Source: Isurus oxyrinchus (Eukaryota). From it: a DNA stretch of 64,000 bases. The position numbers and the translations under genes were made by a program. The notes below the pieces were generated by a model, which ran no database searches, had not been told where the DNA came from, and saw only the letters and a list, made by a program, of their open reading frames with translations. Below are positions 34,501 through 44,400 of the stretch, piece after piece (positions within the stretch are counted from its first letter, which is position 1; each line of letters opens with the position of its first letter). Where the stretch lies: NCBI GenBank assembly GCA_026770705.1, contig JANJGN010000052.1:2418001-2482000 (forward strand), written 5' to 3'.

Positions 34501-37063
34501 GCCAGTGGTTCAGGAGGAAGACTCCCCACCAGCTTCTCAAGGGGAAACTAGGGATGGACAATAAATGTCAGCATTGCCCGAGAATGAGTATTTAAACACT
34601 GAGTGAGTGTATCGCTTCTCGAGATACATCGGAGCATCATTGTAAACCTGTAGTGCAGTAATTAATGGCTGTTTTTACAGGTAGAGACTCCAGTAAATGG
34701 ACAGTAGGATTGTTCACGGCTGGGATCATGTTGAGTGTTTTCCTGGCTGGAATCTTCATCTTCATCTGTGTGAGAAAGTAAGTCTGAAGATTTAACTTGA
34801 TTTTAATATAAACATTTGTTGAGGACTAATTGGACAGTTTTTACAAAGGGCCAGCACAGGCACGATGGGCTGAGTGGCTTCCTCCTGAGCTGTGAGATTT
34901 TAAATTCTTTAATCAAATGTGACTGTCACTGGTGAGGCCGTTATTAACTTGCCCATCTCTAATTGCCCTTTGAGAAGGTGGTGGTGAGCTGCCTTCTTGA
35001 CCCGCTACAGTCCATGTGGTGTAGGTACACCCACAGTGCTGTTAGAGAGGGAGTTCCAGGATTTTGACCCTGCGACAGTGAAGGAACGGTGATATATTTC
35101 CAAGTCAGGATGGTGAGTGACTTGGAGGGGAACTTCCAGGTGGTGGTGTTCCCATGTGTCTGCTGCCCTTGTCCTTCTAGATGGTAGAGGTCGTGGGTTT
35201 GGAAGGTGCTGTTGAAGGAGTCTTGCTGAGTTGCTGCAGTGCATCTTGTAGATGGTACACACACTGCTGCCACTGTGTGTTCATGGTGGAGGGAGTGAAT
35301 GTTTAATGTGGTGGATGGGGTGTCGATCAATCGGGCTGCTTTGTTGTTGATGGTGTCGAGATTCTAGATTCTGTGCTTTGTGCAGAAGTGATTTAAAGAG
35401 ACAGTCCCAGTCATTGGTGTAAGTTACAGTGGGCTCTGTGTCTGTGCTGCACTGACTCTCTGCTATATGATAACCACAGTGTGATATTGTGTTATTGCAG
35501 GAGAAGGACAGCAATGGAGGAGAGAGTTTCAGGGAGCAGAGACATTGCATTGACCCTCAGTTCACTCTCTGTGAACCACCAGGTACAGGAGCTGTTTACA
35601 CTCACTCCAAAGCTTCAATCTCAGTGTGTAGACAACACATGTCCCAGATTCCCAGCCCAGTTACCCACTGATTTGTACCTGTGGAGTCAGCAATGGTTCA
35701 GTATCATGCTGTCTCTCTGTTATGACACAGCAACTGGTAAAGGCTGTTGTTTAAAATCCCAGAGGAAACTTTAAACAACTGTCATAACCTATATTTCCCA
35801 GTGGAATGTTTGAGATGCAGCTCTAAATTCAGGAATAAGAGCACCAGTTCTCGACATGGGTGTTATATCAAACTACATGAGACATTTATTAATTTACACA
35901 AGTTAAACATATGCACATGGCTACAAGCGAGTATTATCATAACTTTTTAACAAATTCCCAAACTAATCTCCTCTAAGACAACCCATAGACTTTAAGCAGA
36001 CACCAGGCAAAGCATTTTCACCTCACAAATTCCAAATGAGGTTCCTTTCACTTTGGTTCCTTTGCAGACAGATGTAGGCTTACAGCTGCTTTGATGTTAC
36101 AAGCCTCTGCTCTGCACACACAAAACTGCTCAAGTTATACCCAATGCTTCTCTTTGAATGTAAATTCTCATTGAATCATCAGGACCTTTGAACTCCACCC
36201 TTCATCGTATCAATTTTATTAGTAATATAAACATTGATTCGTTTAAGATTTCACTCCCAGACATTGAATGCTCTGTTTAAAAATGGAAATTACCCCTTTA
36301 CCTCTTTGTTTACATCTCAAAACTACTTGACATCAAAGTACCCGGACTGGCTGGCTTTAATCCAATTAAAACACTCACACACACACACCCACAGACTAAA
36401 CCTCTGTTTAAAAAGACAATTTCCAATTACATTACATACATTAATAGATTAATAACACCCTATCTCTATCCCTTTCTCTCTTTCTCTTCCCTCTCATCCT
36501 CTCTCTGATTACAAGGTTCTTGTTAATGAGCCTCACGTCAGGTACCTGAATGCAGAATCCAAGCCGGCACTCGCCAGAGACATTACCGAGGGAGTGCGAG
36601 ACTGACAGAGGGTCAGTCCTGAGGGAGTGCTGCGCTGTCGGGGGTCAGTACTGAGGGAGTGCTGCCCTGTCATAGGTGGTTTCTTTTTTATGATATGAGA
36701 GAGAGAGTAAAACCAACTGAGACACGACTGACACTAATGAGGCTGCACAATAATTTAACCCTATCAGTGCCAGTAAATGATGTGAGGATGTCTTCTGTTT
36801 CCATTTCTCTGTAGGGTAAACAGAACGTGCTGATTACTGAGCCCCGGAACACAACCAGAGACACAACTAGCGAGGGGGAGACCCCAGCTCCCCGGGGTCT
36901 CTCTGAAGGTCCAGTGGGAGGTGGTGCTGGACATGGGAACCCTGACAATCCCAACGACCTTCTCTACGCCAATCCTCAAGTCTTCAGGGTGCGCAGTGGT
37001 GATGGGACTGTCCACAAGGAAGAGGAGACGGAATACGCACAGATCAGATTCAAGCGAAACTGA
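16549..37063 (+). CDS. Gene B (spliced): Siglec-like receptor L-V1-V2-C2-C2-C2-TM-cytoplasmic tail, about 695 aa
   Basis: Exons 16549-16588, 21179-21556, 24753-25121, 25935-26231, 30639-30920, 33285-33578, 34681-34777, 35501-35582 and 36815-37063 all have GT-AG boundaries and compatible phases (sum 2088 nt). Confidence 0.75.
17590..19260 (-). mobile_element. Internally deleted Gypsy-type LTR retrotransposon (gag with Zn-knuckle, pol remnants)
   Basis: ORF 18934-19269 (gag N-terminus) and 18478-18798 ending CPAFHQSCKACGRKGH; pol-like FNNIGSFKG near 18030 and a C-terminal TRSRHNSRLPLRFRD near 17650. Confidence 0.7.
19261..20945. mobile_element. LTR-like dispersed repeats (related to 35718-36457, 39515-40347, 43610-44110, 58685-59580)
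   Basis: TGTT...AACA ends at 19261/20555; shared AT-rich motifs with the other copies; no clean TSD seen. Confidence 0.4.
21179..21556 (+). CDS. Gene B V-set domain 1 (essential Arg replaced by Thr)
   Basis: VGLSQEWKGDTPREVTAQEGSCVQIPCHYSYP...GDCSLIINNIRREDAGSYFFTIKF...QLHVS; Siglec V-set pattern (SCVxIPC, GDCSL, DxGxYFF); ACG at 21493-21495. Confidence 0.88.
21750..22770 (+). mobile_element. L2-like LINE RT fragment
   Basis: RPISSLSFPSKVLERV...ETALIKVTN...LLVLLDLSAAFDTLDHTILL; WMGRNSLQLNIGKTE. Confidence 0.8.
22845..23785. repeat. 37-bp C-rich minisatellite (CCTCCTCCAGCCCCTACAACCCTCCCTATCTCTGTAA)
   Basis: Direct reading. Confidence 0.85.
23860..24640 (-). mobile_element. CR1-like LINE 3' fragment
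   Basis: QRDLGVLVHESQKVS; SRTREHS...MRRNFLSQRGASLWNSLPQRAVEA. Confidence 0.8.
24753..25121 (+). CDS. Gene B V-set domain 2 (essential Arg retained, extra BC-loop Cys)
   Basis: DKPSQEWKG...SCVQIPCHYSYPLCPENQPRGGVWF...DAGPYFFRIEFDNGPSHNYYPVTQLHVS; AGA at 25058-25060; extra TGT at 24851-24853. Confidence 0.88.
25935..26231 (+). CDS. Gene B C2-set exon
   Basis: 297 nt, ag|ATTTCACAGAT...CAAG|gtaag; near-identical to the A and C copies. Confidence 0.88.
26600..28655 (-). mobile_element. CR1-like LINE fragment (~2 kb)
   Basis: KANGMLSFIARG...LLQLYKVLVRLHMGY; NCKSFYKYVKR...EMAEELNIYFGSVFTKED. Confidence 0.85.
28785..29775 (+). mobile_element. Gypsy (Gmr1-like) remnant with integrase upstream of RT
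   Basis: Integrase core LVDCIRPL...DMTTRFPETIPL...YGLPLEIQSDQGS followed near 29650 by RT motif RFCIDYRKVNAAIKPDSYPIPRLEDGIDEVG. Confidence 0.75.
30639..30920 (+). CDS. Gene B Ig domain (282-nt I/C2-type exon)
   Basis: DAPQNLSITSLDMINASSINIIAGNSAVIICSVESFPASNLTW...DTGDYQCVAENEHGAVEGFITITVE; ag|...T|gtgagt. Confidence 0.88.
30980..31260 (-). mobile_element. RTE-clade LINE 3' fragment (second copy ~55420-55630)
   Basis: MLRISWMDRKTNEW...LVLTTIEGETE...W resembles the RTE C-terminus. Confidence 0.6.
31255..32305 (-). mobile_element. Penelope-like element fragment
   Basis: NLIYCIQCSQCGLLYIGDTKHRLGDR (GIY-YIG) in ORF 31767-32096. Confidence 0.8.
32445..32975. repeat. 37-bp minisatellite, G-rich orientation (inverse of 22845-23785)
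   Basis: GGAGGAGGTTACAGAGATAGGGAGGGTTGTAGGGGCT units. Confidence 0.85.
33285..33578 (+). CDS. Gene B membrane-proximal Ig exon (MAG domain-5 / Siglec last-domain type)
   Basis: YKPEISQQSECTRRSEGVTCVCVTTSNPPGDLTW...VTGSLTL...IASCSVQNPHGEA; P-x6-7-C...CxC...SNP pattern of the MAG/Siglec juxtamembrane domain; 294 nt, phase 1-1. Confidence 0.85.
33930..34180. repeat. AT-rich ~37-bp tandem repeat (TATTATATATAAATATTACATAGATTACATCGAGAAA)
   Basis: About 6 degenerate copies. Confidence 0.8.
34681..34777 (+). CDS. Gene B TM exon, uncharged (GRDSSKWTVGLFTAGIMLSVFLAGIFIFICVRK)
   Basis: tttttacag| ... AGAAA|gtaagt; phase 1-2. Confidence 0.85.
34930..35370 (-). mobile_element. LINE 3' fragment (same family as 59580-60640)
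   Basis: CTIYKMHCSNSARLLQQHLPNPRPLPSRRTRA... tail. Confidence 0.7.
35501..35582 (+). CDS. Gene B cytoplasmic exon 1 (RRTAMEERVSGSRDIALTLSSLSVNHQ)
   Basis: ttattgcag| ... CAG|gtacag; phase 2-0; paralog at 56972-57053. Confidence 0.8.
35718..36457. mobile_element. Solo-LTR-like insertion specific to gene B intron
   Basis: TGTTA...TAACA ends; similar to 39515-40347; absent from the matching intron of gene C. Confidence 0.5.
36815..37063 (+). CDS. Gene B terminal exon: degenerate ITIM (LLYANP) and ITSM (TEYAQI)
   Basis: ctctgtag|GGTAAACAG...; ORF 36827-37063; AATAAA at 37605-37610. Confidence 0.85.
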   Translation, partial: GKQNVLITEPRNTTRDTTSEGETPAPRGLSEGPVGGGAGHGNPDNPNDLLYANPQVFRVRSGDGTVHKEEETEYAQIRFKRN

Positions 37064-38779
37064 GTGTGATACGGAGAGAGGGGGTGAGGAGGTTTGTGGG
37101 TGGGGGCAGGGATTGTGATTCCTTGGAACATGAGACAACCCACTGGGGGAGAGGGGGAGAGAGGGAGGAAGGGACTGAATGGATCTGTGGTTGGTGTGGT
37201 TTGGAATGAAATGTTTCCCCAGAGACGACTTGATGCTGAGTCATTGGGGACAGAGATTCAGTGTCTCTCTCTCTCCCAGTCTGTCTCTCTATCTCTCTCT
37301 CCTTCTCTGTCTGTCTCTCTCTGTCTCTCTCCCTCTGCATCTCTGTCTATCTCTCTCCTCCTTTAACATGGTCCTTATTAACTGGTTTTCTTAACTCAGC
37401 TTTTTGTCACCTGTCCCTTATATCTCATTATTTGTCTCAGAGATGGATTTATATGTGGTTAACAATCCCCTGAAGAGTTTTGGGACAGTGTGCTACTTTA
37501 AGTGTGCTATATAAATGCAAGTTGTTGTAGTAACGTTGATCTGCCTTGATTCAGAATGGAAACACGGAGAATCCTTTGACAGGGCGTGTGTGCAACAGGC
37601 TCGCAATAAATGCATTGCACGGCAACAACTAAGCATGTCCGTTGATGCTGATGCATCCCAGTCCTGCTGTGTGGACACATCACAACCGAGGGACTGCCTG
37701 ACTGCGTGCAGCTAACATGGCAGAGTAGTAATTAGCAGAAATGTGACGTCACTGAACTTTGTTAACATTTCAGAATGTGCTTTCTGAATTCTGCAACTTG
37801 TTTATTCTGTGATAGATTAAAAGAAGCTTTTGCATTTTCTATAATATTACATTTATTGTCACAAGGGATTGAAATGCCCAGACAACACTGTACAGATATA
37901 TTTTCATTAAACAGCTTACTCTGGGACAACCCCCCTGCTCCAATCTGTTAATTCATGTCATTGCATTTCCCCACCAAATTATGTAAATTCATGTGTCCAC
38001 ATTTATCATGAAAATTTCCCATGTAAACATGTCACACTGTACTTACACTCTCTTGCCAGTGGTGGTGCTGTAAGCACACCAGATACTTTCTCAGCGATTG
38101 CAGGACCTCTCCGAGTTGTCTTTACAATATTATTAAGATACAGGGAATGGGGACAATCTTCACACTGTGGTTACGATGTTGTTAAGACAGATAGCTGGTG
38201 AAACCTCCCCCCCCCCACTCCCGAGGCAGAATCTGTTCTGGCTGTGAGACCCCCACACTTATCCCATGCCCCCTGTTCATTTCTCCATCCCTGCTCTAAC
38301 TTAGCGCTTTTGGACATGACGGGCGGGGCCCACAGGAAAGTGTGGAAGGGCTGCCCATCGCAGCTGGAACAAGGATCCTGGCAGGTCTCCCAGGACAGAA
38401 TGGCGGAGTGGGGGAGGGGGAGCAGTGGGGTCAATATCCACACCCTCCAGGAGGGCAGCATCATTCATCAGGGAAACGCAGGGCCGAATGCCCCTCCACC
38501 CGGAACGCTGTCCACCATGATTTCAACGTCCTTCACCGGAAGCCTTTTGAAGGTTGCCGTGGCCAGATTTCAATCGGCCGCTTGGTCACCATTGGTCCAA
38601 GCAGTCACTAAGCACCCACCTCTGCCCGCCCCTTTGAACTCATTCTGCAGCCACATCTTATGCTGGCAGGCCTTAATTAGCCCGGCCGCGTAAAATCGCA
38701 GCGCGGAGCTGATCGCGGGCAATAGTCGGATTCCTCACCGCCCCCAGCCCTGTGCACCCCTGCCGAGGGCAAAAATCTG

Positions 38780-40800
38780 ACCTGAAGGATCCCAGCAGAA
38801 TAATAAAGAGGCAGAAATGATGATATGAGAGTAAACTAGCAAGAACCATAAACAATGACAGTGAGATGTTGTACATTAAAATAAGAGAGAAGCTACAGTA
38901 ATAATGGGACACATAGAAAATCAGACTGGGGAATTAATAATAGGAAACAAGGAAATGACAGAGACTTCCAACAAGAATTTTGTGTCTGTCTTCACAGTAA
39001 AAATCTCTAAAACCATCCCAATAGCAGGAGAAAGTCACGGTGCAACAAGGAGGGAGGAACATAAAACAATCACTATCACCAGAGAACAAGTATTAAGAAA
39101 ACTAATGAGACAAATGCTGACAAGTCCCATGGAGCAGACGGCCTGAATGTGAGGGTCTGAAAGGAAATGGCTGCAGAGACGGTGGATGCATTGGTTGTAA
39201 TCTTCCAGAATTCCTTAGATTATGGGAAGGTCCCAGCGGATTGGATAAACATAAATGAAACACGTCTGTTCAATAAAGGGGGGAGGTAGAAAGCAAGAAA
39301 CTACAGGTCAGTTAGTCTAACATCTGTCATTGGGAAAATACCAGAATTCATTATGAAGGAGGGAGCAGCAGGACATTTAGAAATCCATAATTCAATCAGA
39401 CAGAGTCAACAAGGGTTTGTGAAAGGGATATCATGTTTGAAAAAATAATTAGATTTCCTCGAGGATGTAACAAGTGGATTGGATAAAGGGGAACCTGTAG
39501 ATGTGGTGTATTAGGGACTATGACACAGCCAAGGGTAAAGGCCGAGTTGTTCAAATCCCAGAGGGAAAATTGAAACAACTGTCATAACCTAATTTTGCTA
39601 TTTGTAATTTCGAGATGAAGACTTTGAATTCAGTAGGAATAAGACCACGGAGGCTTGTGGGTTTTTTTTATATAAAACTAAATAAACCATTTATTAATTT
39701 AACAACAAAATTAACACATACACATTGGCTACAAATAACTATTATAATAACATTTTAACAAATCCCCCAATTAATCAACCCCACGTAAACCTCTACTAAG
39801 GCAACAATGAACCATTGACATAATATAGACACCAGGCAAAGCACATTTGACATTACAAATTCCGAATGAGGTTCCTTTGCAAGTTGGTTGGAGGCTGCAG
39901 GCTGGTTAGGTCTGAAATGCTCCTGCCTCACACACACAAACTCCTTCCTTTATATAGCTAGCTTTCCCTTTGAATGTAAATTTTCCATTGTATCACTCGG
40001 ACTTCTGAAGTCCAGCTCTTCGAACAATAAAACCCCCTTTCATAGCACCAATTTCATTAGTAAGTTCAAGAAAAAACACATCTTTTGGCTCCTTCTAACT
40101 AGGTGCAAGATTTTACCCCCAGTCTGGAATGGTTTATTCAACAATTGCAAATGAACAATTTACTGTTCTCCTCACAATTCACCCAATTAACATCTCAAAA
40201 CTACTAAACATCAAAGCACACAGACCAGCTGGCTTTAATCCAATTAAGACACACACAGACACACACCTATACATGGACCACCACTAGAATTCTATTTGAA
40301 AATATAATTTCCAAGCACATTTTACACACAAATATCTCTTCATGACACTGGATTTCCAAAAGGCATTCGATAAGTTGCCACATCAAAGGATACTGCACAG
40401 GGTGAAATTGGATGGTGTTGGGGGGGATATATTAATATGGATAGAGGACTGGCTAACTGACAGGAAACAGAGAGCCAGGATAAATGGGTGATTTTCAGCT
40501 TGGTAAACTGTAACTAGTGGAGAGCCACAGGGATCAGTGCTGAGGCCTCAACTATTCACAATCTACATTAGTGACTTGGATGAAGGGACTGACTGTACTG
40601 TAGGCAGATTTTCTGACTGTGCGGTGAAGATAGGTAGGAAATATATAAGCTGAGCAGGAAAGCAAATTATGAGGAGGACATAAAGAGGCTGCAGAGGGAG
40701 ATAAATAGTTTCAGTGAGGGGATAAAAAAATGAGTGGATGGAATATAAGGAATATAAGGGTGTCCAGCTGATCTTACTTGTTCTGTTCTTATATTCTTAT
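38780..40800 (+). mobile_element. CR1-like LINE fragment interrupted by an LTR-like insertion (~39511-40347)
   Basis: NKEMTETSNKNFVSVFT; the VDVVY|LDFQKAFDK motif is split by the insertion. Confidence 0.75.
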
Positions 40801-40849
40801 ACAGACACAAGGTTTACTGACAGTGCACAGCAAAGTGCTGTTCTCTCAC

Positions 40850-40998
40850 TTTGTTCCAACTTCCTCATTTTGACTCACTGAGACACATCAACCCTTTCTA
40901 ATTAAACACACAGAGGGAGCAGCACAGGAAGAGGTCATTCAGCCCAAGCAGAGCGTGTGGGCAGTTCCTCCCCAGGCGAGCAGTCGGACAGGCCCTGG
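40850..40998 (+). promoter_or_regulatory. Gene C promoter / non-coding exon 1
   Basis: ACTTCCTCATTTTGACTCA (ETS plus AP-1 motif) at 40859-40877; donor at 40999. Confidence 0.6.
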
Positions 40999-41431
40999 GT
41001 AAGTAACGGAACGATTGGAATTCACTTCCACGACCAACACCGTCCTTTGCTGATGTTGTGACTTTATAAAGACAGATTCCAATGATTGATGCCTTTGAAA
41101 GATTTCTACTGATTATTGAGATCTGGGTGTGAGGCTCAAGTCTGTTGTACAGAACATCTTTCTAGCTCAAAGGACATGAGCTTGGGGACATCCTGAGGTG
41201 GTGAAAGCGGATATAGAAATGCAAGACCTTCATTGTTTTTCTTTCTGAAAGCATTGTAACTCTCTGCAGAGCACCTATCATCCCACAAAGAATCAAATTA
41301 GTCTGTGAAGATATTGTCTAAAAGCAGTTCTGATCTCTCGAGAGCATTCGGACAAGAGGTGAGGTCTCATTAACTCCTTTCTCTTTCAGAACTTCAGAGT
41401 TAGAAGCTGAGGAAATATCTGAGAGTGGACC

Positions 41432-41471
41432 ATGATTCGGAAATCTTACTTCCTCCTGTCACTTCTCCAAG
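41432..41471 (+). CDS. Gene C leader exon (MIRKSYFLLSLLQ-)
   Basis: accATGatt; CAAG|gtaat. Confidence 0.8.
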
Positions 41472-44400
41472 GTAATACCATCGTCAGCTCAGACAGATTT
41501 ATGGTTAATAGTCTTTGTAAAAGAACATTCTTATTGAGCTCTGATAGGGAACTGAATCAGCAGTGATCCAGTGTACAAACTCACACCAAGTCCCATTCAT
41601 CCATGACCACTGTGCTCACTGATATACACTGAATCCCTGTCTGACAGTAGAATTGGAGGACAGCAGAGGTCTTGCAGGGTTGTAGGGGCTGGAGGGGTTT
41701 ACAGGGATAGGCAGGTTTGTAGCAGCGAGAGCAGAATCTTAAAATTCAGTTGCTGTCGGACGTTGGTCACTGAGCGATTGGGATTGATGGGTTGAGTAGA
41801 GAAGCAGGGATAAATACTGGTGGATGAAGCCTATCCTAATGTGAGGTCTCCTATAGCAATGGCCTGAAATTTGTGTCCTTTCCTGCCTTTATTCAAAATT
41901 GCCCATGAAGACAACACAGCAGCTCCTAGAATAGACAGGCTGTTCAGTGTCACACTTCCTGTCCATTCTCACCTTGCTAGATACTTCAATAAGGGAGCAA
42001 GATAACTGATAGAGAGAAGGAAGGTAAAACTGTCTGTGTGTAAAACTGTCAAATATTCTGAGTTATCATGAGTGTCTCTGATCCGCTGCAGAGTTTAAAT
42101 TTCACAGAATCTGAGCACTTTGCAGCTCAGAGAGAGACCATTGACTCACTGCCTGAAAGGGCGGTGGAAGCAGATTCAACAGGAACTTTCAGAAGGGGAA
42201 CTGGATAAATACTTGAAGGGAAATTTGCAGGGCTGTGTGAAAGGTGCTGGAGAGGAATTGGGAAAGAGCCAGCACATGCACGATGGGTCAAATGAGCTCC
42301 TCCTGTGTTGTATCATTCAACAATCAGACAATTTAAGAACCTTGTCAGCAAATCTTCAGAATCCTGCTGAATCACAGATGTTTCAGAAGGACAGGGAACA
42401 AGAAGTTTCTGGTATCAGCGTTTCATGTGGGGCCCAGTTCAGTTTGAGCAAAAAAATGACAACAGCATCTTTGAAAGTCATGAACCCACCACAGCGGCAC
42501 CTCCGACACATGCAGAGTTCAGGCTAGAGGCGCTTTGTTAGTGTGTTTCACAGTCTCTGCTGGAGTAGGGTCAGTGCTGAGCTTGGGGACAAGTCAGTCT
42601 ACAATGCTGCATCGGAATCAACAATACAACAATATGGGGTTTGGATCAGAAATAATCCCTTAGACAATGAGGATCCAAAGAGATTCCTTAGACAATGAGG
42701 ATCCAAAGAGATTCCTTTGGCAGTAAGAATCCAAAGAGATTCCTTATTCCATTGGTTGTCTAACTGGGGTCCATGATTTTCCAAGGGGTCCTTGGCAGAA
42801 TCAAATTATCGAGCAATAGTGTGTAAAATACCGGAGAGAACGGGAAAGGTGGGATCAATGGAAAACTGTTCACTCTGTTTACACTAATGGGAGTCAGTCT
42901 CAGTAATGGAGACCATGAAACTATCATCGATTGTCATACGCACCCATCTGGTTCACTAATGGCCTTTAGGGAAGGAAATCTGCCGTCTATATCTGGTCTG
43001 GCCTACATGTGACTCCAGACTCATAGCAACGTGGTTCCTCTGAAATGTCCGAGCAAACCATCCAGTTCTCACCATGCTAGAAACTTCAATAAGGGAGTAA
43101 GATAACTGAAAGAGAGAAGGAAGCCTAAGCTGTTCATGTGGATAGATGTCAAATATCCTGAGTGATCATGATTGTCTCTACTCTGCTACAGAGATTATGT
43201 CACGGGACATTAGAGATGGGCAGTAAATGCTGGCCTTGGCAGCGACGCCCACATCCCATGAATGAATACATTTACAAAATCTTATTACTTGGAAGGTGCA
43301 AGTGCAGGTTGTTATGATCCTTGAGCAGACCCTCTCAGCACTGACCCTACTCCAGCAGACCCTGTGAAACACACTAACAAAGCGCCTCTAGCCTGAGCTC
43401 TGCATGTGTCGGAGGTGCCGCTGCGGTGGGTTCATGACTTTCAAAGATGGTGTTGTTTATTTGTTCAAACTGAACTGGGCCCCACACAAAACGCTGATAC
43501 CAGAAACCTCTTGTTCCCTGTCCTTCTGAAATATCCGTGACTTCAGCAGGATTCTGAAGAGTTGCTGATGGAGGAACAGGCACCCAATTTTTTTTGATAA
43601 TTTACAGTTAGGAACCAATAATATTTTGTTTCAAGTAGACGAGGTTTGAGATTTAAGATGCTTGTGAAGAGAATAAAGCTACAAGATTCTATGGCTTTTA
43701 AACAAACAAAAATAAACTTTACTGCACCAGCTCAGAAAGATAAAATAATTCACAATATCCACCTTATACTCTAACATTCTGGATTAATATGAGCTCATGT
43801 GAATTAACAGGCAAACTGTGGTCTCACAGCCACATTACTCATTAAATTGTAAACGCAACCAAGATAGAGCCCATGGATTTCACAACAACCCACCTGGACA
43901 TCAGTGAACACTGTCAGTCAACCAATCTCACTGAAACTCTATTCTCTCATGAGGGATTCCAATCTTCAACTTCGAAGATCTTGCCTTGGAATTCTCTCCA
44001 AAAGTCGCTTCAACTCGGATGGCCTCAGTGACATTCGACCTCACAGGGTTTCCATCTCTTCTCCTGAGGCTCCATTGCCCTGGATTCCCGACTATATACT
44101 CAAGCACCACTAGGATTAGATGAAAGGTTTTGATTGACTGGGTAGACAGAGAATGTTCCCTCTTGTGGGCAGGAGAATAACTAGAGGCCGAGTGATTGGT
44201 GATTCCTTAAAAATTGAAGAGGGAATGAACACCAATCAGATTGAATCAGATTAGCCAATCAGCTGTGTTGAAGAGCAGACAGGAATGTTAGGCTAATTAG
44301 TGATTCATGATGGTGATAATGGGGGGAGTTCTGAGGGCTCCTAATCCATTGTCCTGTCTTGTAAATCAGCACTGAATGGATCTCAGTTGGTGTGTCTTGT

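Noticed and set aside
38170-38780. GC-rich block with 90-150 aa ORFs
   Set aside because: No recognisable domain; likely a non-autonomous repeat that I cannot classify
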